DNA of 64,000 nucleotides, from the IMG/VR virus record IMGVR_UViG_3300025132_006659. One strand, given 5' to 3'. The notes beneath the pieces are model-generated. The model had not been told where the DNA came from. It searched no databases and saw only the letters and a list, made by a program, of their open reading frames with translations. The position numbers and the translations under genes were made by a program. Below are positions 26,353 to 36,083 of the stretch, in pieces (position 1 is the stretch's first letter; each line of letters begins with the position of its first letter). This DNA is from an uncultured virus (IMG/VR IMGVR_UViG_3300025132_006659). Taxonomy: Duplodnaviria > Heunggongvirae > Uroviricota > Caudoviricetes.

Positions 26353-29300
26353 TATGTTTCTCCTCTGATTTCAAAGTATCCGTCTCTGAGGATTTTCTTT
26401 AGTGCCACCTCGTCGACCTCTACCCTTATAGTTTGTTGATTGTTCATTTTGTTTCCAAGGTTGTTTATAGCAGATACAATTCCGCTTCCACCGTCTCCTC
26501 CCAACGTTCTGGCACTAGTGCCTGTTGCAATAAGTGCTAGATTTTCTAATGAATGATGAACCTTGATTCCTGCCTCGCCTTTCAAGTCAAGGGCTGACAT
26601 TACACGTTTTATGCCTGTGTACATCTCTAAGAATGCAAGGAAGAAATTACCCGGCTTTATTTCTACAAAGTTCTCTAATGATGTCTTGAGATCTTCTGAG
26701 AGAGTAGTCATTTGAGCAACCATATTGCTTGTTTCTGAGGCCATCTTTGCCTGAGCTTGGGCGAACTGCGACATGTTGTAAAGAACGCCTAGAAGCATAA
26801 CCATGCCGATTAGTGTCAAGGGATTTGCTAACAGACCCATAGCGTATGCTAGTGCAACAACAGCCCCTGCCATTCCGAACAACACACCAACAGCGGCAAA
26901 TCCATGCTTTGCTAGTTCTGTAAAATTGCCAACCATAAGGCCAAACGATTCTACTAATACGCTCATTCCCAAGGCAGCAACAGCTACACCTCCGCCCATA
27001 AGAAGAAACGCCCCACCAAGAGCCAACAAAGGACCTGATGCCATTTTGGCTACAATTCCCATCATTCCGGTAGCGGTAGCTAAGAAGTACAAAGCAGCAC
27101 CAAGAATTAGTAAACTAACATTCAGGCCAATTACTTGAGAAACACTAAGACTAGAGAAGGCCTCTACGAACTTGGACATTCCCCATCCTGCTAATGCGAC
27201 TCCGGCCCCCAACATCAAGAAAGCAGCACCTAATGCTAACATAAGCCCAGCACTGGTCGGCAAAATTCCACTCGCTAAACCCTTACCCATAAGAACAAGG
27301 AATCCGCCCATGGCCACTGTTAGAATCAAAATTGCACCAATAGCGCCCCAAATTTGCGGACCACTTAGTCCCGCAAAGCCTTTTACAAGTTCTCCCATAC
27401 CAGCCGCTGCTATTCCCATTCCGGCACCCATGAACATTATTGCCACACCGAGCGCCATTAGAGGACCAGAGGATAAACCTGCCGCCTTAGCCGCAGTAAG
27501 TATCGCAGGCACCAAGAAATACAGAGATCCTGCGAGTATAATAATTCCAGCAGATGCGCCTAGAATTTCTGTTATTCCCATTCCTTTGAATGCTTTTACA
27601 AATTCTGCCATTCCTTTTGCCGCCATCATCAATCCGGCACCAGCTAGAGCAATAGCTCCACCCATTGCCAACATCGCCTTCCAGCCCATTTTGTTCAACC
27701 TGTTTGTGGTTTTCTGTGTTACGTTGCTTGATTTTTGTGCTATATCTTTTTGCTTTATTGTTGCCGCTTCTGTTCTGTCTTGCGTAATTTTCTTTTGCTG
27801 GCTCAATGAGTTTTTCTTTTCTAAAGTTAACTTTGTTTGATTTGTTTTATTAGATAGTTTTGTTGTTGCGTCCAATTGTTTTTGTGCCAAGTCTTGCATT
27901 TTTGTACGGTGAGCAACCAACGCTCTCGCTGCGGCAATACTTTTAAACATTGCAAAAACAGGATATAGTACTGGTAGTAAGACCAGAAAACCGGCTATGA
28001 AAGCAAACAAGGGACCATTCATATCATGAAAACTTTGCATAAAATTCGATAACCCTTCCGCAAAATCTTTAATAATTGGCACCATGAATTCCATGCTTAT
28101 AGCAAAATTCATAAAGATGGTTTTTAGTTGCTCTCCGATTGACATGGCTTTTTGCATCCTATCATTCATTTCTTTTTGTGATTTATCTTGTGCTGCCATC
28201 TTTCTTTGATTTGCTTTGTATTCTTTGAAACTCATGCCAAAGATTTTATTGGCTTCAGCCATATCGGTTATACCAGCGGCATTTGCAATTGCTTTTTGTG
28301 TAAACCTGTCCATGTTTTTGAATTGTTTTCCGGATGCCTGTATATTTCTTAACAAATATTCAATTCTTTTGTCTTCTTTCATCGTAAGCATATCCATAGC
28401 AGACATCTGGGTACCCAAAATAGCATTCAATTTACCAGTATGCTCTGCCGCATCTGAGAAAGTATCAAATTTACCGGCCAAATCTAGTAAAGAGCTAGCC
28501 TCTACACCTGCTGCCCTAGCAGCGGCAGCAACATTTGAAAAAATCTTTACTGATTTGGTGCCATAGACTGCCAAAACTTTATTTGCGCTCTGAAACCCTT
28601 TTACAAAATCTGACATATTCATATTCAGGCCTTTTGCGGATAAAGCCAGCTTTCTAGTCATATCAACTGCTTCTTCTGTGCTTGTTCCGAACGCTTTATT
28701 GAATTCTTCAACCATCTGACCGGCAGTATCCATCCCAAGTCCGAATTTATCAAAAGCAGCGGTCAAAACAACCAAATCATCCCTAGTTTTTGAACTAACG
28801 GTGTCAAAATTTGCCATTGTTGTGTGAAGCGCTTGATGTGCCTTACCAGACTGTTCTATATTTATGCCCAAGTTAGAATGCGCCAAGGCTGTCTGGCTAA
28901 TAGACTTAGTATACATTCTACCAGACCCTGTTGCTTTGGCAAAAGAGGCCGCTGCTTTGTCTGTTGCGGTAAAGGCCTCCATGGTAGCCTGACCAATCGT
29001 ATAAAGCAAATTTGCGGCAATTTTGGTAGGCGTAAAGGTATCTTTTATGGCCATTGTCATTCCCTTTATGCCCTCTGGGCTATTAGCCAATAAGCCAATT
29101 TTCTGAATACCTTTGAAAAAATTTTCTGACTCTTTCGATACTAGCTTAATTTTGCTCCCAAACTTTTCGGCAGACCCTTTCATGCTATCATAAGCAGCCC
29201 GACCATTCTCACCTAGCTCCTCATAAAGTTCGGCCATTTTGTGCATCTCTTCAACGGTCATTCCAAGTTTAGCTGCCATCTCTTGTGCTTTTTGGCTACC

Positions 29301-29597
29301 TCTTTCAAAGGCGCCCTCCTCAGAAGCCCGCAATATCTCTAATGCCTCGTTGGCCAACCTCATTTGGTCTTGCGTGCTAGACCAAGATTTGGCGATTTCC
29401 ATCTCTATTTCTAATAGGCGCTCTTTACCAGCTAAAAATTCATCCAAATTATCAATATCAATTTTTCCGACCTTGCCGCCACTTTTTTTCTTGTCACCAT
29501 CAACTCCAAGAGCAGTAGCTAATGCTTCTCTTTGAGATTTATCAGCCTTTGACAATCCTTTGATTATTTCATTTATTTCTTCTTTTGTAAGAGCCAT
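26352..29597 (-). CDS. tail tape measure protein
   Basis: 1081 aa, Ala/Gly-rich and helical, with hydrophobic repeats; lies downstream of the tail chaperone genes. Confidence 0.85.
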   Translation of the reverse strand: MALTKEEINEIIKGLSKADKSQREALATALGVDGDKKKSGGKVGKIDIDNLDEFLAGKERLLEIEMEIAKSWSSTQDQMRLANEALEILRASEEGAFERGSQKAQEMAAKLGMTVEEMHKMAELYEELGENGRAAYDSMKGSAEKFGSKIKLVSKESENFFKGIQKIGLLANSPEGIKGMTMAIKDTFTPTKIAANLLYTIGQATMEAFTATDKAAASFAKATGSGRMYTKSISQTALAHSNLGINIEQSGKAHQALHTTMANFDTVSSKTRDDLVVLTAAFDKFGLGMDTAGQMVEEFNKAFGTSTEEAVDMTRKLALSAKGLNMNMSDFVKGFQSANKVLAVYGTKSVKIFSNVAAAARAAGVEASSLLDLAGKFDTFSDAAEHTGKLNAILGTQMSAMDMLTMKEDKRIEYLLRNIQASGKQFKNMDRFTQKAIANAAGITDMAEANKIFGMSFKEYKANQRKMAAQDKSQKEMNDRMQKAMSIGEQLKTIFMNFAISMEFMVPIIKDFAEGLSNFMQSFHDMNGPLFAFIAGFLVLLPVLYPVFAMFKSIAAARALVAHRTKMQDLAQKQLDATTKLSNKTNQTKLTLEKKNSLSQQKKITQDRTEAATIKQKDIAQKSSNVTQKTTNRLNKMGWKAMLAMGGAIALAGAGLMMAAKGMAEFVKAFKGMGITEILGASAGIIILAGSLYFLVPAILTAAKAAGLSSGPLMALGVAIMFMGAGMGIAAAGMGELVKGFAGLSGPQIWGAIGAILILTVAMGGFLVLMGKGLASGILPTSAGLMLALGAAFLMLGAGVALAGWGMSKFVEAFSSLSVSQVIGLNVSLLILGAALYFLATATGMMGIVAKMASGPLLALGGAFLLMGGGVAVAALGMSVLVESFGLMVGNFTELAKHGFAAVGVLFGMAGAVVALAYAMGLLANPLTLIGMVMLLGVLYNMSQFAQAQAKMASETSNMVAQMTTLSEDLKTSLENFVEIKPGNFFLAFLEMYTGIKRVMSALDLKGEAGIKVHHSLENLALIATGTSARTLGGDGGSGIVSAINNLGNKMNNQQTIRVEVDEVALKKILRDGYFEIRGET

Positions 29598-29632
29598 TGT
29601 TTATTTTTCCCGAAACCATAACAGTTGTAAAA

Positions 29633-29639
29633 TAAATAG
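29633..29639 (-). promoter_or_regulatory. CTATTTA element (candidate late promoter), tape measure gene
   Basis: One of at least 11 exact copies lying in short gaps just upstream of minus-strand genes. Confidence 0.65.
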
Positions 29640-29672
29640 TATAAACAAAAAAATGCCTTGTAAAAGGCATCT

Positions 29673-29865
29673 TTATCTTCTTCTTTTAGCTTTATCCATT
29701 TCTTTTTTCTCGTCCTCGAACTGCTTATTCAGCCTTTGTAACCACCACATTCTAAGACCAACAGGTAAATTGTACATTTCAGTAAATGACCAGCCTCCAA
29801 AATGCTTGAGTAAGAAGAACTGTTCATAAACTTGTTCTATGTATTTATCTGTCAGGCCAAAAAAA
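29673..29865 (-). CDS. frameshift extension of the tail assembly chaperone (GT-like)
   Basis: Frame FFGLTDKYIEQVYEQFFLLKHFGGWSFTEMYNLPVGLRMWW begins at the T7 run overlapping the end of the upstream ORF; no convincing start of its own. Confidence 0.65.
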
Positions 29866-30708
29866 GTCTGCCCCAAAAGGCACCTCCATCTCTTCCTCGT
29901 GGCCGCAAGAGTGGCAATTGAATTCGTCTTTGATTTTAACATCAGGTGCTGTTGCTTTATAGCATGCGATAAGATGTCTAGAATCTAGCGTTGGCATGTT
30001 GTTTACATAATTATTAATAATCTTTTTATCTCTGTGTCCTTCGATTGACATAATCATTCTCTTATATTGGTCGGACAATAAAGATTCTTTTAGCTTTTTC
30101 TTTCTTTTGCTACTAGCCAAGTTAGCAATATAAATCTCGTCTTCTCCCAACAGTAGCTTGTACTCTACTTCAAATTTAGAAAACGGCATCTTTGTACTAA
30201 ATGTCCCAACTCCGGTCTCTTTGATTCCCAATTTAGAATCTAAATTCAATGTTACGATTGTCTTGTCTTTTAGATCAAATTCGTGCTTTGAATTTGTACC
30301 ACAAGCCGGACAGGAAACAGATGTCTCGTAAGTGTCCCCGTAACCTGAGACTCTCGCCGCTATCAGTATGGCATTCCTATCGGCAACCAATAGCCTCTTG
30401 GCATCGATTTTTTGGTTAACAATAATGTTTTGCAAAAATCTCTCAATTGCTAATCCTTTCTTCAACAGGACTTGTGAAGATAGAATATCCTCATCTTTCG
30501 CAGTCATGTATCTTATCTCAATTGTTTCTTTACCAAATAGCGGATGCGTATCGGGATACCCTTTTCCTTTTGATGGTAGTTCTACAAAGTCTGTGGGTGC
30601 CACAAAGTGCAATGGGTCTAGGGCTTTTTCCTGAATTTGCGGCGGTGCTTCAGAATGCTCCGGGGTGTGTTGCCCCATCATTCTTTCTTCATTATTTCTT
30701 CTTGACAA
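29845..30708 (-). CDS. tail/baseplate assembly chaperone (T4 gp26-like)
   Basis: VELPSKG, IRYMTAKDEDIL, two CxxC pairs (CPAC, CHSC), C-terminal FFWP; lies between tube and tape measure genes. Confidence 0.8.
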   Translation of the reverse strand: MSRRNNEERMMGQHTPEHSEAPPQIQEKALDPLHFVAPTDFVELPSKGKGYPDTHPLFGKETIEIRYMTAKDEDILSSQVLLKKGLAIERFLQNIIVNQKIDAKRLLVADRNAILIAARVSGYGDTYETSVSCPACGTNSKHEFDLKDKTIVTLNLDSKLGIKETGVGTFSTKMPFSKFEVEYKLLLGEDEIYIANLASSKRKKKLKESLLSDQYKRMIMSIEGHRDKKIINNYVNNMPTLDSRHLIACYKATAPDVKIKDEFNCHSCGHEEEMEVPFGADFFWPDR

Positions 30709-30751
30709 TTTTCACCTCTCTTATGTCTTAACGTAAATAGTTTATTTTTGA

Positions 30752-31222
30752 TTATTGTATTTCTGCATGGTCAAACGAAATTGTTAATTCAACCTGTGCA
30801 ATGTTGTCGGATTCATAATTAAACTCCCCAAAGGAGATTGACTGAATAAAAGGATTATGGAGAGTCCAAGTTGACAAAGGCGATCCGGTCTCAGATAGAA
30901 TTTCTATTTTTGGAGGTGATTCGCCAAACATGTTTTTTGTTAGTGTCATTCCGTTTTGTTTTATGTTTTGGTATTTAGCCATTGCTAAAAATTTCTGATG
31001 AAGTTTGCTCTTAGTGACCACTAGAGTCATAGAGATATCACCCCATTTTCCTATTGATGGAAATTTCACCATGTGATTAACCAATTGAAACTCTTGTGTC
31101 TCAGTCTCGAAACTTGGCATCGTAACAGATTTTGCCTCTATTGCAACTGCCGAGTTATCAAGTCTCAACAAGAACCGAAATTCCCTCAGAGGTTCTAATT
31201 GGCCTGTTTTCCAAAATGTCAT
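30752..31222 (-). CDS. tail tube protein (gp19-like), copy 2
   Basis: EPLREFRF...KSVTMPSF...W...WTLHNPFIQSISFGEFNYE...LTISFD. Confidence 0.85.
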   Translation of the reverse strand: MTFWKTGQLEPLREFRFLLRLDNSAVAIEAKSVTMPSFETETQEFQLVNHMVKFPSIGKWGDISMTLVVTKSKLHQKFLAMAKYQNIKQNGMTLTKNMFGESPPKIEILSETGSPLSTWTLHNPFIQSISFGEFNYESDNIAQVELTISFDHAEIQ

Positions 31223-31230
31223 TTAAAATC

Positions 31231-31797
31231 CTAGGGTTCGAAATCGTTCTCGTAAGTTGCCACAAGGGTTGGTTCGGGTGTCTTAGTGTAATCACAATGA
31301 GCAAAATCGTATTTGATTGTCATCTCAACTGTTCTAAGGTTATCATCTTCGTAACTAAGTTCACCATACTTTGCATTCATGATGAATGGGTTTTTCAATG
31401 TCCACTGCTCGATTCGATCTCCACCAGAATTCAAAACTGAGATTTTAAAAGTACCTAAAGCGTTGTTTGCATTCTCTTTTGAGATGAATTGTGGAGCATT
31501 GAGAGACGTTGTATCTTTTACCTCATAACCAGAATTCAAGATAATGTCTGTTGTCTGTTGAACCATATCAGGATCAACCGGATCAACCAAAGTTACATTA
31601 ACGTCTTGCCACTTGATTCTTCCGGGATAATTGTATACATTATCTAAGAAGTGGTGCTCGACGGATGTCATTTCAAAATTCGGTGCATTGACTGACTTCG
31701 CCCACCAAATAACTGATTCGGACCCTTTTAGGCTAAACTCTACAAGCCATCTAAAATTTCTTTTTGGCTCTGTTGTGCCGTTTTTCCAAAAACTCAT
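31231..31797 (-). CDS. tail tube protein (gp19-like), copy 1
   Basis: EPKRNFRW...YPGRIKWQDVNVTLVDP...EQWTLKNPFI...YGELSYE; directly after sheath. Confidence 0.88.
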   Translation of the reverse strand: MSFWKNGTTEPKRNFRWLVEFSLKGSESVIWWAKSVNAPNFEMTSVEHHFLDNVYNYPGRIKWQDVNVTLVDPVDPDMVQQTTDIILNSGYEVKDTTSLNAPQFISKENANNALGTFKISVLNSGGDRIEQWTLKNPFIMNAKYGELSYEDDNLRTVEMTIKYDFAHCDYTKTPEPTLVATYENDFEP

Positions 31798-31833
31798 TTT
31801 TTGTTTTCTCCTTTTTTATAAATAGTCTTATTA

Positions 31834-34707
31834 TTAGAATTCAACGCCACTACGGGTAATAACGAAGTCTAATGCAATGAATTCGATTGCTCTGGCTGGC
31901 TTGATAAAGATCTTGGCATACATGATGTTTCTATCAACTAAATCTGCTGTTGTAGTAGTTTCATCTAAAACTAGCTTATATTCACTAATTCCAAATCTAG
32001 ATTTTACATCATCCAAAATCTTTGTCGCACGACCGGAGAATCTAGTCCAAGTTGTTCTAAGGTTCTGATCGAACAAAATGGTATTGGCAACCCTTCCAAT
32101 TTCTCTTTTCAAGTAAATCATCAATCTTCTGACGTTGATACGATCTAAAGCTGATTCATTTTGTTGCAAGGTTTTTTGCCCAAAGATAACAATTTCACCA
32201 ATCGATGGAAATCTGGCTATCGGATTAATATTTTCTTCATAGAGATCATCTCTATCCTGTTTTGTTAAGTGTTCCAAAGTTCCTACTACTCTCGGACCAG
32301 CGCTTCCACCAAGAACTCCAATTCCGCCTCGGTTGAAACCAGCAGGAGCAAACCATGGTCCTTGACTGTTAGCCTCAGAGAATCCAATTGCTCCGATTGC
32401 AGCAACAGAAGCAGGAAGCACAGTAACATCACCAGCAGAGTTAGCTGTATCTCTTACTCTGACATTGGGATAATAGGCAGCAGCATAACTTGTATCTAAA
32501 TCTCTAGCAACCGCATCTGCGATAACTGTGGCTTTTGATCCAAGATCTTCTGTTCCGTTGTTGTCATATGATTTTTTGTAACCAGAATCTAAGTCAACAA
32601 TTGCAAGAGTATCTGCTCTCTCTTCTGCTATTCTTATCATATCTAATGTAAGTGTGCTGTTAACAAGACCGGGCATTGAAATCAAATCATATTCTAACAG
32701 ATCTTTATCTTTTATAATGTCTAGTGCTTTTGTCACCGAATAATAGGCATAGTGTTTCGTAGCATCTTGATTAGCATTCGTGCCGTTAGCAACAGAAAAC
32801 GGATCAACATTTCTTACATCTAAGCCATCAAAACCACCAAAGAACGGAGCATTGAACTGCTTGATGCCTTCTGTTAGTAGTGCACCAGAGCCACTCTTAG
32901 CAGTATATGCAGTACCACCCGCCTGTGATCCGGATTCGTAATAATATTTACTAGAATCATTCGAATCTTGTATTATCTCATCTAATGAGAAAATCCATGA
33001 AATTTCTGTATAGTCACCATCAGTATGGATGTCGGCGAAATCTGGTAGAGCTCTAACTATGTCTTTGTAGTCAGGAGAAAACCAAAGTTCTTTTTTCGGT
33101 CTTGAATCCGCATCTAACATATGTCTTACGCCAAGCACATAATCTTTTGTGTAATTGCCACCAGCGTTCGAATTCTGGTCGGTTAGTTTGAGACTTGGCC
33201 ATTCCAGTCTGATTTTTGTACCGGCCAAGTAAAGATGCGAAAACATAGAAGCAGAACCAGTGTGTCCCATATCAAAGACACCATCATCTGCTTTTTTTGC
33301 AATGACTTTAGTTCCACCATCTGGATCGGCAGCAGCCGCAGAACCAGATTGCATAATTATTGAATTTGGCTTCGCCGGTCCCCAGACACCAAATGGTACC
33401 ATTCTTTTATCAGAAATTCCTGCTTTCCAGTCTGAGGCCATTTCAACTCTAACATAATCAGATTTATTAGAATATTCACCATATAGTTTTAATTTTTTAG
33501 TTGTTTGATCAAACGTAGTGTATTGGTCCCCAATCTTCTTGCCAATAAAGTCCGCACTTGATTCGTTCAAATTACATGAATCAAATCTTTCAACTTCTTC
33601 TCCGTTGGCATTAACGATAACAAGGGAAAATGTTGATGTTGGCTTTGCTTGAGTTCCAATTCGAATATTGTCAATTCTGACACCATAGTTTTGCTGAAAC
33701 CATTCTCCTTCATGTAAAGAAACTAATCTAAACAATTTTGATGCAGTAGCAGCATTGTAATCGGCATACGAACCACTGGGAGAGGGATTTCTGTTAATAA
33801 ACCATCCTGTTTTACCGGCTGTTGCCTCTATCTGCCTTTTGGAATAGTGTCGAGTACCATCGGAAAGAGGCACAAGAATACCATATTGCTGGCCGGCAGA
33901 TCCACTATTCTTATCCAAAACTACTCTACTTGCTGCTTCTTCAAAAGTTTCGCCTAAGAAATAAGTCTGTGCCGTACCTCCAAAGTTTGTGGTATCCATT
34001 TTTTGTGGATTACAGTTAAGAACATTCCTAATATAGCCATCCTTTTGTGAGCGATCAAAGTGAACTACAAACTTAGTTTCACCACCTGAACCGCTGTTGA
34101 CAAGAGCAAATGTATTTGGTTTACCACCAGTGGCAAGAGATGTTATAAGTGTATTTGCGCCTTGATTGTTTGTACCATCCACAACAGCACCAGACAAAGC
34201 CCAACTAGAACCAGTTGAATAAATTACAGCGGCTAAGGAGCCAGTGAGAACCTGACCAGCAGCACCAGATGGCATTACGAACAACCCATAAGCAGTTGCA
34301 ACGCTAGTAGCAGTGCGAGAAGCAGCATATCCCGTGCTCCATCCGGCTTTGACATAAGATCCGCCTTGCTTTGCGGTTTCTTGATCAGAGCCCAATAATC
34401 TATAGAATGTTACACCAGAGGTCTCAGATGCTAGCCACGCTTGGGCAGCGTACATTCCGTAAGTTGTGGCTTGTTGATTGCCGTCTCTCCAGACATCAGT
34501 TGATGTAGAACCTTTTCCTGAAATTGGTCTACCAAAAACTCTATAAAAATCTTCTAAATTCTTTACCTTTACTGGTTTATTGGCTGGTCCTTGCGGTGCA
34601 GTTCCAATAATTAGAATTCCCGGATCGTTAGTTTGTGCTGATAATTCACTCTGGTCAATTTCTCTGATAGAAACGCCGGGTGATATAAAATCAAATCTTC
34701 TAGGCAT
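31834..34707 (-). CDS. tail sheath protein (gp18-like)
   Basis: FISPGVSIREID N-terminus; PWFAPAGFNRG, INPIA, FGQKTLQ, SALDRINVRRL, KPARAIEFI C-terminal motifs. Confidence 0.95.
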   Translation of the reverse strand: MPRRFDFISPGVSIREIDQSELSAQTNDPGILIIGTAPQGPANKPVKVKNLEDFYRVFGRPISGKGSTSTDVWRDGNQQATTYGMYAAQAWLASETSGVTFYRLLGSDQETAKQGGSYVKAGWSTGYAASRTATSVATAYGLFVMPSGAAGQVLTGSLAAVIYSTGSSWALSGAVVDGTNNQGANTLITSLATGGKPNTFALVNSGSGGETKFVVHFDRSQKDGYIRNVLNCNPQKMDTTNFGGTAQTYFLGETFEEAASRVVLDKNSGSAGQQYGILVPLSDGTRHYSKRQIEATAGKTGWFINRNPSPSGSYADYNAATASKLFRLVSLHEGEWFQQNYGVRIDNIRIGTQAKPTSTFSLVIVNANGEEVERFDSCNLNESSADFIGKKIGDQYTTFDQTTKKLKLYGEYSNKSDYVRVEMASDWKAGISDKRMVPFGVWGPAKPNSIIMQSGSAAAADPDGGTKVIAKKADDGVFDMGHTGSASMFSHLYLAGTKIRLEWPSLKLTDQNSNAGGNYTKDYVLGVRHMLDADSRPKKELWFSPDYKDIVRALPDFADIHTDGDYTEISWIFSLDEIIQDSNDSSKYYYESGSQAGGTAYTAKSGSGALLTEGIKQFNAPFFGGFDGLDVRNVDPFSVANGTNANQDATKHYAYYSVTKALDIIKDKDLLEYDLISMPGLVNSTLTLDMIRIAEERADTLAIVDLDSGYKKSYDNNGTEDLGSKATVIADAVARDLDTSYAAAYYPNVRVRDTANSAGDVTVLPASVAAIGAIGFSEANSQGPWFAPAGFNRGGIGVLGGSAGPRVVGTLEHLTKQDRDDLYEENINPIARFPSIGEIVIFGQKTLQQNESALDRINVRRLMIYLKREIGRVANTILFDQNLRTTWTRFSGRATKILDDVKSRFGISEYKLVLDETTTTADLVDRNIMYAKIFIKPARAIEFIALDFVITRSGVEF

Positions 34708-34738
34708 TAAATTTATCTCCTTTAAATCTTTTCTTCAG

Positions 34739-34745
34739 TAAATAG
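34739..34745 (-). promoter_or_regulatory. CTATTTA element (candidate late promoter), sheath gene
   Basis: About 30 nt upstream of the sheath ATG. Confidence 0.65.
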
Positions 34746-34767
34746 TATGTTTGAATGGCAAAAACCC

Positions 34768-35598
34768 TTATTCAATAAATTCAAAATCATCTCGATGGAG
34801 CCAAGGTCTATCATCACCAACAATTGTTCTTTCTCTAACAATTCTAAGTTGTGCACGATTTTCTCTCTCAACATAATCAGGGCTAAGTCTATTGATTCCT
34901 TCTCCTATCAAATAGCCTAAAACCTTTACTTGTATCTTTGTCTCAAACTTTCTCTCCTCCTCACCTAAGTTGTCTACATTTTTAGTCTCTGCGAAGTCCT
35001 GCTGTATAAATGCTTCATAATTCCAATCGTTTCTTTCAAAGATAAAAGTGTTTATCTGGCCGGTCTTTGTTATAAAAGGGGCTAATAAATCATTCATTTG
35101 TTGTTGGTATTCGGTTCTCAAAACGATGGAATACATCATAGTAACATAAACAGGGATAGGAGTGGATAAATATTCATACACTATTTTTTTGTTTTTTGCT
35201 CTTCTTGTGTTGTTTCCCTCTAAAGATCTGTTAGAATCTGCATTGGCAAAGTTTCTGGTCTTGTCCTGCTTGATTCTTCTCTTTATTATTATAGAGCCAC
35301 CCTTGTGATCAGATTTTTCATACAAGTTTGCTTGGAAAGATCCTTTGAATTGTGGGTCTTTTGAGATCGAGTCACGGTTAACCGTTATGATTGGTAATTT
35401 TAGCTTACCAACATTATCTCTGAGTTCTTTATTGTTTTTTATTTGGTAAGCACGCTCAGTGCCCAACCAAATTACTGGTGTCTTTTTAAAACCATCGTTT
35501 GTTACTGTGTTCAATTCTAGATCATTGACCCAATCATACAAAGCAGTATCAATATTCTCAATGGTTGATGGTTCTACTGGATTTTCGTTAGCTGGCAT
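34768..35598 (-). CDS. tail terminator / sheath stabiliser (gp15-like)
   Basis: PVIW...ERA...LKLPIITV...PVYVTMMYSI...QQMNDL; lies between neck and sheath genes. Confidence 0.7.
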   Translation of the reverse strand: MPANENPVEPSTIENIDTALYDWVNDLELNTVTNDGFKKTPVIWLGTERAYQIKNNKELRDNVGKLKLPIITVNRDSISKDPQFKGSFQANLYEKSDHKGGSIIIKRRIKQDKTRNFANADSNRSLEGNNTRRAKNKKIVYEYLSTPIPVYVTMMYSIVLRTEYQQQMNDLLAPFITKTGQINTFIFERNDWNYEAFIQQDFAETKNVDNLGEEERKFETKIQVKVLGYLIGEGINRLSPDYVERENRAQLRIVRERTIVGDDRPWLHRDDFEFIE

Positions 35599-36079
35599 TG
35601 AATAAACCGTCTCTTGCTCTTATGCATTCGGCTTGAATTTCGAATCGATGCTCAGGTTGTCCGAATAACAATTTTGGTTCGGATAGTTTTACTATCTCGT
35701 AATAAATATCACCATACCTAATAAAGTCTCCCTCTCTGACAAAAAGATCTTGGTCTTCTGTCAATCTTCTGCGGTGGAACTTTGCTGTTATTTTAGTTGA
35801 TTTGTCAATCCCAATACTTTGAAGGAACTCAGTTTGAACACCTTGGTACTCAACCAAAGCATGCACTCTAACGGGCGGCAAGAAGGTTTTTTCAATGGCT
35901 TCACCATAAAGAGGGTGGTAGTCAGTGTGCTCAATGTCTAAGGGAAAATAGAGCACTTGTTGGCCGACTACACGCTCAATAATTTCATCGTTGACTTGTT
36001 TTACTAAGTCACGTTCCTTTTCTCCAAGAAACATTGGCGGAGGTGGTTGTTCTGGTTTTTTCCATTTATCATCTGACAT
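35588..36079 (-). CDS. neck / head-closure protein (gp14-like)
   Basis: VGQQVLYF...HPLYGEA...REGDFI...YEI pattern and synteny. Confidence 0.75.
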   Translation of the reverse strand: MSDDKWKKPEQPPPPMFLGEKERDLVKQVNDEIIERVVGQQVLYFPLDIEHTDYHPLYGEAIEKTFLPPVRVHALVEYQGVQTEFLQSIGIDKSTKITAKFHRRRLTEDQDLFVREGDFIRYGDIYYEIVKLSEPKLLFGQPEHRFEIQAECIRARDGLFNAS

Positions 36080-36083
36080 ATCT

